64,000 bases of DNA from Eledone cirrhosa (GCA_964016885.1 OZ024752.1:38130001-38194000); one strand, 5' to 3'. Shown: positions 26,980 to 42,497, counted from the stretch's first letter. The notes: generated by a model not told the origin, from the letters alone. Numbers and translations: made by a program.

Positions 26980-27406
26980 TGTGTGTGTGTGTGAGTGTGT
27001 GTGTGTGAATGTGTGTGTGTGTGAGAGTGTGAGTGTGTGAATGTGTGTGTGTGTGTGAGTGTGTTAATGTGTGTGAATGTGTGTGTGTGTGTGTGTGTGA
27101 GTGTGTGTGTGTGAATGTGTGTGTGTGTGAGTGTGAGTGCGTGAATGTGTGTGTGTGTGTGAGTGTGAGTGTGTGAATGTGTGTGTGAGTGTGTGAGTGT
27201 GTGAGTGTGTGTGTGTGTGTGAGTGTGAGTGTGTGAATGTGTGTGTGTGTGTGAATGTGTGAGTGTGTGTGTGTGAATGTGTGTGTGAGACTATGTGAGT
27301 TTATATGTGTGACACATGCATGTGTGAGTGTGAGTGTGTGCATGTGAACACATATGAATGTGTTTGTGTGTGAGAGTGTGTGTGTATGTGTTTGTGTGAG
27401 TGTGTG
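26575..27406. repeat. (GACA)n then (GT/GA)n microsatellites
   Basis: Direct reading. Confidence 0.9.
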
Positions 27407-27776
27407 TATTCTATCTGATAGATATTTGCCTTTCATCCTTTCAAGGTTGATAAAAAAAAGTACCAGTCCAGTGCTGGGGTCAATTCTTCCTCTATAGAAA
27501 AACTCGGCTGTGTTGAGACCTGGAGAGGGTTTGGCTCTGCCGGGTTTAAAAGTGCCCTGGTACCTCTACGACTCGAGACGGAGTTATGGGATGTTTATCA
27601 TATCAAACCCTACTGTCTTTGAAAAAAACAACAGGACACACTGGATAATGTTGTCCTAGATACAATATACATTAAAATCAAAGATGGGATGGTCACAGCT
27701 GGAATACCTTTGATCCTATGTCTACTCAATGACAAATTGGCAGAGTCATTAAGACGTCGAATAGAATGCTTTAGGG

Positions 27777-28094
27777 CAGTGCTTCTCAAACTATCTGATG
27801 TGGCAGACCGGCATTTTCTTTATTTCAATGTGCCACGTACCGCTAATATTTCGTAGTAATATTAATTTATACCGGAAACGATATATATAATGAATATAAT
27901 AATAGTTGACCATTTTTTTATCTTCTATTTATTTTGTAAACAAATAATACAATATCAAAACATAAACATATAAAAAAGTAATAAAAAAATTCCTCAAATG
28001 ATTCCTTAGCATGGCCTGGACACTGGGCCGCGTACCGGTAGTGATGGCTCGTGTACCGGCACCGGTTCGCGGACCACCACTTTGAGTAGCACTG
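27777..28094. mobile_element. hAT (Charlie-like) MITE inserted in a SINE
   Basis: TIR CAGTGCTTCTCAAA / TTTGAGTAGCACTG; 8-bp TSD CTTTAGGG at 27769-27776 and 28095-28102. Confidence 0.9.
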
Positions 28095-28910
28095 CTTTAG
28101 GGTATTCGTCCCACCTCACTGCACGCTCTGAGTTCAAATCCCGAGTTGGTCAACTTTGCCTTTCATCCTTTGAAGGTTGATAAAAAAAGTGCCAGTCCAG
28201 TGCTGGGGTCGATTCTTCCCCTATAGAAAAACTCGGCTGTGTTGAGACCTGGAGAGGGTTTGGCTCCGCCAGGTTTAAAAGTGCCCTAGACACGTCATAT
28301 GATGGTACCTCTACGACTCGAGACGGAGTTATGGGATGTTTATCCTTATTCTACTCAATGAAGGCTGACCTGGAGCTAAATAACAAACCAAACAAGATAT
28401 ACACTAATGACCTACTACTGTCTGTTAATTCAATAAGTCATTGACCCAGGAACTGCAAACCTCATGAAATTTGGTGGAGCTAAGAAATTATAAAGTCAAC
28501 AACTTCAATAATTTAATTAAAGAAATATCAGAAAATGAAAGAAATCAACTCATAGATTTACCATTGTTTTTGGGAAAAGTTCCAAAAGAAGGGTGGATTT
28601 AAGTAAATTTCTGAAATCTGTGATTTTATTTAAAATTGCTAATATATAAGTTGGCTTTTTGTCAAGAGCTAAATTACTTAATCAGCTGGTAACCTGAATA
28701 TTTGTCCAATTTTCACATTTGGCATTCAAGGAGTCTTCAGTAAAGACTAAAATCGTCTTTGAAAAAAAGTATATTCTTGTTTTCAGCACAGCATTACCAA
28801 CATTTTTGTTTTAATATAATTATCAAAGATTAAAACAAACTTTACTGTAGAAACTGGACAATTATTAGATTAAAGATGAAGGCAAGAAAAAAAAAACATT
28901 GAAGGACATA

Positions 28911-29592
28911 ATTGTGTTACACTGGCTATTTGATAGAACATCTGTGTAACAGTGGCTATTTGATAGAACAATTGTGTAACATTGGCTATTTAATAGAACA
29001 ATTGTGTAACATTGGCTGTTTAATAGAACAACTGTGTAACATTGACTATTTAATAGAACAACTGTGTAACATTGGCTGTTTAATAGAACAACTGTGTAAC
29101 ATTGGCTATTTAATAGAACAACTGTGTAACATTGACTATTTAATAGAACAACTGTGTAACATTGGCTATTTAATAGAACAACTGTGTAACATTGGCTATT
29201 TAATAGAACAACTGTGTAACATTGGCTATTTAATAGAACAACTGTGTAACATTGGCTATTTAATAGAACAACTGTGTAACATTGGCTGTTTAATAGAACA
29301 ACTGTGTAACATTGGCTATTTAATAGAACAACTGTGTAACATTGGCTGTTTAATAGAACAACTGTGTAACATTGGCTGTTTAATAGAACAACTGTGTAAC
29401 ATTGGCTGTTTAATAGAACAACTGTGTAACATTGGCTGTTTAATAGAACAACTGTGTAACATTGGCTGTTTAATAGAACAACTGTGTAACATTGGCTGTT
29501 TAATAGAACAACTGTGTAACATTGGCTGTTTAATAGAACAACTGTGTAACATTGGCTATTTAATAGAACAACTGTGTAACATTGGCTATTTG
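28911..29592. repeat. 30-bp minisatellite, about 22 copies
   Basis: ACTGTGTAACATTGGCTRTTTAATAGAACA. Confidence 0.95.
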
Positions 29593-31539
29593 CTAGAGAA
29601 ATTTTATCAGAATTTGATTAAAAATAAACTGAGAGAAGATGAAGGAGAATAATATTAAGTGTGTGATGTACGATGACAGTTTAACTAATTTCCATTGCTC
29701 TGACCAACTGTTCTCTACTGAGGTTTGTATTGTCTGAGAGTTGATTGATGAAGGTTTGAGCATCTCCTGTGAGTTGGTTCCCACAATAGTAACTTGTGTA
29801 TAACTTCCTGCCTACTTCTCCAGCATTGTCCTGCAAATTGTAACTGTCTTTGTCTTGCAAATCGTATAAACTTTCATTTGTAATATGAAATAATAATTGT
29901 TTCTACTTTAGGCACAAGGCCAGCAATTACCCAGTGCATTACTGGTACTTTATTTTATCGACCCCGTAAGGATGAAAGGCAAAGTCAACCTCGGCGGGAT
30001 TTGAACTCAGATCGTAAAGGGACGTAACTATGCTGGAAAGCATGGCGTCCGACCCTCTACCGATACTGCCATTCCACCGCCCTGTAATATGAAATAATAA
30101 TAATGAAATTATTGTGTACAGTGCTCAAGTGCACTCATCAAAATTCAAAAAGGTGCTCAGGGTTGTTGTTGGTAGGATGGTTAATAAATTTGTGAATGTT
30201 TACCAAGTCAGTTACCAGATGTCGGAGCTTTAATATGTTGACACCAGTTTATATTTTGTACAAACCAAAGCATATTAGTGTATGCACCATCTAGTTTCTT
30301 CTCAAGTGCTTGTGTCAGGGTCCATGTACCTGATCCATTTAAAACCACTGACTCAACAAAGGTTTTGAAGAATGAAATTTTGATTTGAGGGTCAGATTTA
30401 TCCAGAAAAAACAAAATAGCATCCCAATGATTATAGTTACTCTAATAGAAACTAAACATATTGTTACTACAATACAAATCACAGCATAACCACAACACAA
30501 ATTTAATAACTGGTAGCTTACTATAACTGTTATTGCAATTTTATTACAACAAAAATGACTGTAGTATAACTACAACACAAAGGCAAACATTGTTACACCA
30601 AGCACAGAAGACTATTATGTACAATATGAAGGTTTTAAGTGTCTATAACTACAGCACAAAGGCAAGCAGTGTTGCACTGATGGAGGCAGAATAAGTACAA
30701 TAAGAATCTTTTAAGTTAATATAATATGAATGAGGAAAACAATAGGATGGAATATCAAATCTATTAGAGTAATGAAACATGTAATAAATACAACGAATAA
30801 GAAATAATTGTTTCTGCTTTTGGCACAAGGCCAGCAATTATCCCAGTGTATTACTGGTACTTTATTTTATTGACCCCGTAAGGATGAAAGGCAAAGTTAA
30901 CCTCGGTGGGATTTGAACTCAGAACGTAAAGGGACATAACTCTATGCTGCAAAGCATGGCGTCCGACCTTCTACAGACACTGCCAATCCACTGAGTTACG
31001 TCCCTTTATGATCTGAGTTCAAATCCCACCGAGGTTAACTTTGCCTTTCATCCTTACGGGGTTGATAAAATAAAGTACCGGTAATGTACTGGGTAATTGC
31101 TGGCCTTGTGCCAAAAGTAGAAACAATTAATACAGAACAGTTACAATGTCAACATTAATGGCGGGCAATGACATCACTGTATTATGGTTTATTTCATTAT
31201 CATTCTTTATTAAGAAGATTAATGCTCATAATCTGTAGCTGTAAAGCTTCATTGTTGCTTTTATACACAAATGCACCAGTAAACGTCATCTCGTGTTATT
31301 TTTAACTATATTTTCTTTCATATGAAACAATGTTTGTTGAGTCCTCATCTCAGATAGATTAATCATTACTACTTCAAGGATTAGCAGTTCATATCCAAAC
31401 ACTTGTTCTACTTGGTTGTATATATACTGAGATTATGAGGTGTGTAAAACCCTTTCATCCAAGGCTAGAAGTCATAGGCAGACTTCTAGTCGAAGAAAGA
31501 CTTCAGTGAAGGAAAGCCAACCAAAGCTATAGGTATGAT

Positions 31540-32862
31540 GGTCGGCTGAAAATTTCATAGGCTGACTATGAAGAAGTGATGCTAGAGCTGTGAAATCTTG
31601 CATTCATTAATTTCAACTTTTCTTATTAATAACTGCATTGTTTCCTTCCAGGGATTATGTTGAAAAAGGAACCTTATTTGGTCATTCCATGAGAATATCT
31701 TGGTCAGCCTTTGAAGAATTAGTGCTAGGGCTGTGAAATCTTGCATTCATTAATTTCAACTTTTCTTATTAATAACTACATTGTTTCTTTCCAGAGATTA
31801 TGTTGAAAAATAAACCTTATTTGGTCATTTCATGAGAATATCTTGGTCAGCCTTTGAAGAATTAGTGCTAGAGCTGTGAAATCTTCAATTCATTAATTTC
31901 AACTTTTTCTTATTAATAACTGCATTGTTTCTTTCCAGGGATTATGTTGAAAAATGAACCTTATTTGGTCATTCCATGAGAATATCTTGGTCAGCCTTTG
32001 AAGAATTAGTGCTAGAGCTGTGAAATCTTGCATTCATTAATTTCAACTTTTCTTATTAATAACTACATTGTTTCTTTCCAGAGATTATGTTGAAAAATAA
32101 ACCTTATTTGGTCATTTCATGAGAATATCTTGGTCAGCCTTTGAAGAATTAGTGCTAGAGCTGTGAAATCTTCAATTCATTAATTTCAACTTTTTCTTAT
32201 TAATAACTGCATTGTTTCTTTCCAGGGATTATGTTGAAAAATGAACCTTATTTGGTCATTCCATGAGAATATCTTGGTCAGCCTTTGAAGAATTGGTGCT
32301 AGAGCTGTGAAATCTTGCATTCATTAATTTCAACTTTTTCTTATTAATAACTGCATTGTTTCTTTCCAGGGATTATGCTGAAAAATGAACCTTATTTGGT
32401 CATTCCATGAGAATATCTTGGTCAGCCTTTGAAGAATTAGTGCTAGAGCTGTGAAATCTTGCATTCATTAATTTCAACTTTTCTTATTAATAACTACATT
32501 GTTTCTTTCCAGAGATTATGTTGAAAAATGAAACTTATTTGGTCATTCCATGAGAATATCTTGGTCAACCTTTGAAGAATTAGTGCTAGGGCTGTGAAAT
32601 CTTGCATTCATTAATTTCAACTTTTCTTATTAATAACTACATTGTTTCTTTCCAGAGATTATGTTGAAAAATGAACCTTATTTGGTCATTTCATGAGAAT
32701 ATCTTGGTCAGCCTTTGAAGAATTAGTGCTAGAGCTGTGAAATCCTCAATTCATTAATTTCAACTTTTTCTTATTAATAACTGCATTGTTTCTTTCCAGG
32801 GATTATATTGAAAAATGAAACTTATTTGGTCATTCCATGAGAGTATCTTAGTCATCCTATGA
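31540..32862. repeat. About 143-bp x 9 tandem array derived from the mariner MITE interior
   Basis: GCTGTGAAATC recurs every ~143 bp; unit matches 8040-8175. Confidence 0.9.
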
Positions 32863-33299
32863 AGGATTTATTTCCAAAATTAATTCAAACACATAGGCAG
32901 TGTATTTCATTAATCTAAACAATACATTAGTATATGTAATCAGGAAATAACTAAAACAAGTTGCTAACACGTTTGGTATCACAAATGTATCATAAAACAC
33001 AAATTTGTAAGATAAAAAACCCAGCACTGCTATTTCTCTTTCTCTTGATTGGAGTTTACCCCTAGATTTCAATATATACAAATGATAACAACAGTTGATT
33101 GTAAAAGGCTGGGTGGATTGGCAGTATCGGTAGAGGGTTGGACGCCATGCTTTGAAGCATAGAGTTACCTCCCTTTATGATCTGAGTTCAAATCCCGCCG
33201 AGGTTAACTTTGCCTTTCATCCTTACAGGGTTGATAAAATAAAGTACCAGTAATACACTGGGATAATTGCTGGCCTTGTGCCAAAAGTAGAAACAATTA

Positions 33300-33592
33300 T
33301 ATATGTCATAGTACAAAGACAACACTACCATTCATTGTACATATATCATAGTACAAAGACTAAACCACTACTCATTTTTATATGTTGTAGTACAAAGACT
33401 ACACTACCACTTACCATATATATATATATGTCATAGTACAATACAAAGACTGAACTACAAGTCATTACACATATGTCATAGTACAAAGACTACACTACTA
33501 GTCATTACACATATGTCTTAGTACAAATACTAAACTACCAGTAATTATACATATGTCATAGTACAGAGACTAAACTACCACTTACCATATAA
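33300..33592. repeat. About 38-40-bp degenerate minisatellite
   Basis: ATATGTCATAGTACAAAGACTA..CTAC repeated about 7 times. Confidence 0.8.
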
Positions 33593-33809
33593 GCATAATT
33601 TTTTCCTTTTGATGATATATTTTAGTCTAAAGAAATAAAACAATAAACTACTGTTAAGAAAAAGGTTTTACTTTTTCTAGAAATGTTCTTAAAAGCAAGT
33701 TGGCATTCTATAAATTGAAACATTGAACAAAAGCCAAAATTACCTTTATACCTTCAAATTATTTCCAATCAGCGAAAAATTTCTGGTGAAATACGAGTTA
33801 GTTCATTAG

Positions 33810-34017
33810 CCCTTTAACATTTAAACCAGTTGTATGTGGCCAGAATTCTCTCACCTTTTTCTGTTCAAACTGGCTGTAACTTGCCACTCATACTGATTTT
33901 AAGGCATTGTTCTCAAAATAAATAATATCGAAATCTCATAGATTCGATATTATGTGAGATAAATCCTTTACCATGAAAATACAATAGTATATATAGAGTA
34001 ATGTAAATGCTAAAGGG
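33810..34017. mobile_element. piggyBac-like MITE
   Basis: CCCTTTAACATTTA...TAAATGCTAAAGGG with TTAG/TTAA flanks; related copies at about 1591-1745, 16400-16682 and 56184-56391. Confidence 0.75.
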
Positions 34018-35967
34018 TTAAGGAAGTAACTCGGTGAAACATAATTTAAATCCAAACTGAAATTCATCTAAAATAAGATGGTCAAGAAAACTGGGCCACT
34101 AGCAATAGAGTGAGATGAATGAGACATGCTCAATGCAACTGGGAGATAGTATCAGCAATTGACAAGTCCCACACCAAAAGTATGCAAATGAGGTCTGGGA
34201 TCTTGTCGATCATTCTCCATGATCCAAAGCAATCCAGCTGCTACAATCTTTTATTTTTTTTAGTCTGAAAAAAAATCACACATTATCCAATGTGTTCTTT
34301 CTTTTAGAAAGTTAGGTGGGATTTGACAGAAATTTGGCTGTTATTTTTAGCAGTCTGGGTAACCATGTAGAAGCTTCCTTGTTAATATAATACATATCAG
34401 CACGGGTGAGGGTGAGGTGGTGCAAATGCAGAATACTGGACCAAATTCTTTCCAGTAGCTAATAAGATGCTTCATAAAGCCGAGTTCATTTTTCATCCCA
34501 CTAGAAATGATAAATTATTGATAGTTGAGAAAATTCAATCAATCAAATCATTAAAAAAATGTGCTTTGTGCTTAAAAATAGAAAGTATTATGATAATTAT
34601 TTGCATACCTCATTATACTCCTACTTAAATCCTTGTGAATCCATCAAAATAAAGAAATTTGATCTGGTTAGATCTCATGTTTTTTTTTCCTCTTCTATTT
34701 ATACTGATTACATGTCTGAACCTATTAATTTATTAAATATCTAACAAGCTAGACTGGTTTATATGAAGCAGTCATTAGAAACTAGACTCTTTTTATGATT
34801 TTTATTCGAGCAAGTAAAATAATTTTGTAATATTAAATGGGATTATTTATACATAAAGCAAATGACTAACAATAGTTTTAGTAGATTTAGGTTAACTCTC
34901 ATACAGAAATATGGAACCATGAAATAAAATATTCAACAGTGTTAAAAAGGCTTGGTATATTTCTATGAGCTATTGAGAGGTGCATCATGAAGGAATTTTT
35001 AGAAGGTTACTTGGCATTCTGTAATCGTGACATTCTGGGTTCAGGTCTCACTCCAGGGCTCCTTAGGCAAATGTCTTTTATCATAGCATTGGGTTGACAC
35101 AGATCTTGTAAGAGAAAGTCAGGACTGGACTTTCATCAACTGAGGCTCTAAGCTATTTGAAATGCGAGGCACTTCTCTAAATAAATTTTTTTAATAATTA
35201 TACATTAGTATTATTTTTTATATTAATGCTAATGATAAAGAATATATATATATATATATATATAGTAATAATAATAATAATAATAATAATTTTCAAGACT
35301 AAAATATATATATATATATTTTAGTCTTGAAAATTATTATTATTACTATATATATACATATATATATATGATCGTCGGCAAATCACTGATGAGGGACTTA
35401 TTTTATTACATGTTATCCATGTGTAACCAGCAGTATTCTTCTCCCCATTTTTTCACGTATATTTACCTAAACTGCGATTCTGTTTTTTTCTCTCTCTCTC
35501 TCTTACTGCTCCCTCGCTCTCTCTGTTTCTCCTACTTTCTTTCGCCCCCTCTGTCATGTCAGTTAACTCTTCCTCACACTTCCACTCACTCACTCACTGT
35601 TTCTCCTCTTCTCACTTCACCCCGTTCGCGACGAAATCATTTTCTCTCTTTCTCACATTTGAATTCGCTCCTGAAAGGTCTTTTTTCTAAGCGCTCATAT
35701 ATTCACCTAGCTTATGCTAACAGAATAACTATGAAGCTTGTTCCCTTCCTTCTACGGTTAGCTATCCTCTTTGTTGTTATCTTGTTTCACTCGCTTTACG
35801 CGTTTTAATTGTCCTAATAACTTCATTTAGTTATTATTGCACCGACGTGAGGTATATGATTTTTAATGCAATGAAATATCTATGATCGTCGGCAAATCAC
35901 TGATGAGGGACTTATTTTATTACATGTTATCCATGTGCAACCAGCAGTATTCTTCTCCCCATTTTTT

Positions 35968-36079
<112 letters not shown>

Positions 36080-36100
36080 ATATTATATATATATATATAT

Positions 36101-36187
<87 letters not shown>

Positions 36188-36188
<1 letters not shown>

Positions 36189-37872
36189 TACGACAACTAC
36201 AGGAGAAGTACCTAGCTAAAGGTAAACCCCTCTACTTAGCTTTTGTCGACTTGGAGAAAGCCTTCGACAGAGTCCCCCGCTCCATTATCTGGTGGGCTCT
36301 TAGAAAACTAGGCGTTGACGAATGGCTTGTGAGGGCTATACAAGCCATGTATAAAGAAACAGTCAGCAAGGTTAGAATTAACAACGAATATAGTGAAGAG
36401 TTTAGCGTAAAAGTTGGCGTCCATCAGGGCTCTGTTCTCAGCCCACTACTATTTATTATTGCCCTTCAGGCTATAACAGAGGAGTTCAAGACAGGCTGCC
36501 CATGGGAACTCCTATACGCAGACGACCTGACACTCATAGCGGAATCAATGGCCGAGCTAGAGAAGAAATTCCAAACATGGAAGCACGGCCTAGAGTCAAA
36601 AGGACTTAAAATTAACCTGGCTAAGACCAAAGTACTAGTTTGTAGGAAAGAAAACAAGGCGGCGGTCCCTTCTGGGAAATGGTCGTGCTCGGTGTGTAGG
36701 AAAGGCGTAGGTAGAAACTCCATTTTATGTCCTAAATGCAAAGTATGGGTGCATAAAAGATGTAGTGGGATCACAGGTAAGCTAACTAAGAACATAGATT
36801 TTACATGTGGCCGGTGCTCTGGTGCAATAAGTAGCAGCAAGTGCCCACAAACTACTAGCTCTTTCAATTGCGCAGAGGGTTCTATAGAAATAGTGGACAG
36901 CTTCCGTTACCTGGGCGATAAAATCAGCAGTGGGGGAGGGTGCTCTGAAAGTACTGTAGCTAGAGTCAGAACTGGTTGGAAAAAGTTCAGAGAGCTTATA
37001 CCACTATTAGCTGCTAAAGGGTTCTCACTAAAAATGAAAGGCAGGTTGTACGATGCCTGCATACGAACAGCAATGCTGCATGGCAGTGAGACCTGGGCAT
37101 TGTGTGCAGAGGATATACGCAGACTAGAGAGGAACGAAGCTTGCATGCTCCGCTGGATGTGTAACAGTAATATACGTGAACGGCAAAGCATAAACGAACT
37201 AAGGAAAAAATTAGAGATAAGAGGGATCAGATGTTGTTTACTCGAGAGAAGGCTACGTTGGTATGGACACGTGATGCGCATGAAAGTCGATAGCTGTATA
37301 ACAAAGTGCAGGGCAATAAAGATAGACGGTAGTCACGGAATAGGCAGACCTAGAAAAACCTGGGACGAGCTGATAAACTCCGACATCACACACTTACACC
37401 TCTCCAAGACAATGTCACTGGACCGAGACCTTTGGCGGTACTCAGTAACAGGGAAGACCCGCCTTACCTAAATATATAGTAAAACCTACTCCAGCCAGTA
37501 GGCATCTCTAACAAAATACACCCCGTCCCACCACCCCCACCCCCACCCCATCCACACCACCCCGTTCTATGTAAAGTTATGTTGGTGCCGCGCCATCGAG
37601 GCCGAAACAAATGAGATCGTGTAGGTGTCACGACAAAAAAACACACAGTCCACGCTGTAATGTGGCCGTGTAGGCAACACGGTAAAAACCTCCCAGACCC
37701 ACACTGTAAATGTGGTTGGTGTTAGGAAGGGCATCCAACTGTAGAAAACCTGCCAGACAGTCCTATGCGAGCAAGACAATCACTCTTGCCTCAAGTGGGA
37801 CTACCCCCGTCCAAACCCATGCAAGCGTGGAACACGGACGTTAAACGTTGATGATGATGATGATGATGATGA

Positions 37873-37873
<1 letters not shown>
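36188..37873 (+). mobile_element. 5'-truncated RTE-clade LINE: RT C-terminal part, 3'UTR and (GAT)n tail
   Basis: Open frame to 37471 with FVDLEKAFD, GVHQGSVLSPLLF, LLYADD, FRYLG, RLRWYGHV and GRPRKTW motifs; flanked by (TA)n. Confidence 0.95.
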
Positions 37874-39116
<1,243 letters not shown>

Positions 39117-39187
39117 TATATATATATATATATATATTCTTTATCATTAGCATTAATATAAAAAATAATACTAATGTATAATTATTA

Positions 39188-39523
39188 GCTTAGTGGTTAG
39201 AGCATTGGCCTTGCAATCGAAAGGTTGTGAGTTCAATTCTCAGACCAGGTGATGTGTTGTTTCCTTGAGCAAGACACTTTATTTCACATTGCTCCAGTTT
39301 ACTCAGCTGTAGAAATGAGATGATAGGGACTGGGGTCCATATCATTCCACTGCAAAGTGGTCGTGGAGGTGCCACGCCAAAAAAGCACCCAGCACTCACT
39401 GTAAATGAAGTTGGTGTTAGGAAGGGCATCCAGCTGTAGAAATCAAGCCAAAATCAGTTCCTGTCCCACCCTTGCAAGCAGGGAAAAAGGGGACGTAAAA
39501 TGAAATGATGAAATGATGATGAT
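39188..39523 (+). mobile_element. CORE-type SINE copy
   Basis: Near-identical to 19169-19505. Confidence 0.85.
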
Positions 39524-39678
39524 ATTATATATTTAAAGGTTAAACAAGGTTCAATGAATAAATCAAAGAATAAATTTTTACATATAAGTTTTACATATAA
39601 AGTTTTACATATAAAGTTTTATATATATATATCATGATGATGGAAGTATATGTATATATATATACTATCATCATCATG

Positions 39679-39709
<31 letters not shown>

Positions 39710-39710
<1 letters not shown>

Positions 39711-40066
39711 TTCTCGAGAATGCTGAGGATGGCTCTGAACATTAATCAGTATACACTGAGGATGAAAAACTCAGAGCTGTATGGGAGCATCCCAAAAGTC
39801 AGCTCAAAAGTGACACAGAGAAGACTGAGGTTGGCTGGACATGCTCACCGACATCCACAGTTGACATTGCACTCAGTGCTCCTTTGGGAGCCCCTACATG
39901 GACACACTAGAAGAGGAAGACCAAGGTTAACATATGTTGATGCCCTAAGGACAGACACTGGTCTGTTGGAGATGCAGGATATGGCAGCGATAATGAGGGA
40001 CAGAGACCGCTGGAGAGAACTCGTCCATGGATCTCGGGAATTTTACCCGCCTTAGATAGATAGATA
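39710..40066 (+). mobile_element. 3' fragment of a second RTE-like LINE family with (TAGA)n tail
   Basis: RRLRLAGHAHRH...RRGRPRLTYVD...DRDRWR motif; a related upstream piece lies at 30208-30414(-). Confidence 0.8.
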
Positions 40067-40787
40067 TATATTGTGTGTATGTGTGATTCAGTGAATTACT
40101 AGTAGTGGTAACAAAACTACCACTTGATGCACAGGCAGAGTGTATATATTAAGAAAAAGCGTATTTTTTGTTGAATTGCAATCTGAGGAGCAGATTGATA
40201 ATGGAGTCAGGTTCCTAATTCCTATGGGTTATTCTGAGTCAATCCACTGCAAAACGCACGTAACAGGTTTGTTGATTCACAATAAAAAACCAAATATACA
40301 TGTAAACAAAACTTAATTGCTTTTTTTAAAATATATATATATATATATGCAAAAGTTTTATTTAAGATTGTTGGGTTACAACGAGTAAATATTTTATAAC
40401 TGATATAAAAGCACTCAACAGTTTCTGGAGTAGGTTTACGATATTAAACAAATGGAAACTATATTTATAAAACTATATTTATTTCGTTATATATATTTCT
40501 GGGATATCATATTAAAAATATGTTATGCCTTCCCCAGACAAAATACAATACATAAGCTGTTTTATAAATAATTAGTGACATACCAAATCAACTTTTTAAA
40601 AGGAAGTTGCATTATCACAAGGTATGTCACTAATTATTTATAAAACAGCTTATGTATTGTATTTTGTCTGAGGAAGGCATAACATATTTTTAATATGATA
40701 TCCCAGAAATATATATAACGAAATAAGTTTTATAAAGTTTTATAAATATAGTTTCCATTTGTTTAATATCGTATATATATATATATA

Positions 40788-41714
40788 CAGGATGTTTCAA
40801 AAAATTTGATAACATTTGCCAGTTCCCGTTCAAATAACTTCAAATTTTAACAGCATGTGTAGAAACAGGTCAAAATTTTATCTTTAATGTTTGATATGTT
40901 TATCTTTTCAGGTATAAAAATGACATTCAATCGAAGAGAAAAGGCGTTTTGTGTGTTGGAGTATGCTCGAACACATACAAATGGCAAAATTAATAAGCAT
41001 AATGTTCGCATTTGGGGCGAAGAAAATCCCCTTGCCACAGTTGAGCATGAGAGGGACTCACCAAAAGTGAATGTGTTCTGCGCCCTCTCCAAGAAGCATC
41101 TTCATGGCCCGTTTTCCTTTGAGGGAAATGTGACCGGCGATGTTTATCTGCAAATGCTTCAGAACTGGCTAATGGATGAGCTCATTGAACATGAAGACTT
41201 CATTTTTCAACAGGACGGGGCTCCACCTCACTGAAAGCTCACTGTGCGGGCTTATCTCAATGACAATCTGCGAGGGAGATGGAACGGGCGTGCTAGTGAT
41301 GAAGACAATGTGCTGTTGAAATGGCCGCCATGTTCACCTGACCTGACACCTTGCGTTTTTTTTCTCTGGGGCTACGTGAAGGGCCTGGTCTATGTCCTCC
41401 CTCTTCCTGCAAACCTAGAGGAACTCGAGCAGAGAATCACTACCGCACTGGAGACTGTTACCCAAGATATGCTGCAGCTTGTTCGGGAGGAGCTGGATTA
41501 CTGACTTGACGTGTACCATGTCTCAGGCGGTGCGCATATTGAACATTTGTGAAATCGTTCATGGAATCCACATACCTTTGAATTTCTCATTCAAATTTGG
41601 AGGAATAAATCTTATGTTGCCCAACATTAAGCCTGTTTAGTTTCATTTGCTTTGACTATGTCGTTTCTGTGATATTTACATCTCAAATGATATCAAATTT
41701 TTTTAAACACCCTG
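40788..41714 (+). mobile_element. Internally deleted, defective Tc1/mariner transposon (DD41D/rosa-like group)
   Basis: About 30-bp TIRs CAGGATGTTTCAAAAAATTTGATAACATTTG / CAAATGATATCAAATTTTTTTAAACACCCTG, TA flanks; remnants HNVRIWG, FQQDGAPPH*, WPPCSPDLTPC with in-frame stops. Confidence 0.9.
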
Positions 41715-41721
41715 TATATAT

Positions 41722-42064
41722 ATCATCATCATCATTTCATTTTACGTCCGCTTTTTCCCTGCTTGCAAGGGTGGGACGGGAATTGATTCTGGCTTGATTT
41801 CTACAGCTGGATGCCCTTCCTAACACCAACCTCATTTACAGTGAGTGCTGGGTGCTTTTTTGCCGTGGCACCTCCACGACCACTTTGCAGTGGAATGATA
41901 GGGAGCCCAGTCCCTATCATATCATTTCTACAGCTGAGTAAACTGGAGCAATGTGAAATAAAGTGTCTTGCTCAAGGAAACAACACATCACCCGGTCTGA
42001 GAATTGAACTCACAACCTTTCGATTGCAAGGCCAATGCTCTAACCACTAAGCCATGTACCTCCA
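41722..42064 (-). mobile_element. CORE-type SINE copy
   Basis: Reverse complement of 19169-19505. Confidence 0.85.
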
Positions 42065-42386
42065 CTAAATTATATATATATCATACACACACACACACAC
42101 ACATATAAAGAAAAAGATATATTTTAACCATGACGTCAATAAAACTTAGCAGCCATTTGTAACCACATCTCATTATATTACAGGAAAAATTATAAATACC
42201 ACACGTTCTTCATGTGTATAATACTACAAAGATCTTTTGTTGTGCAGGTATTTAGAAAGAGTAGCCATTTGTATTTTTGAAAGGTGAAACACATTCTATA
42301 GCTGGTTAAGTTTTGTTATATCTCATACATTAGTAAGTATATATATGTGTGTATATGATGGGCTTGTATGTGTATATATACACGCA

Positions 42387-42451
<65 letters not shown>

Positions 42452-42456
42452 ATATA

Positions 42457-42497
<41 letters not shown>

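Noticed and set aside
28912-29652. 246-aa LCNIGYLIEQ repeat ORF or CRISPR-like array
   Set aside because: Head-to-tail 30-bp minisatellite with no spacers; the frame is open only because the unit is a stop-free multiple of 3.
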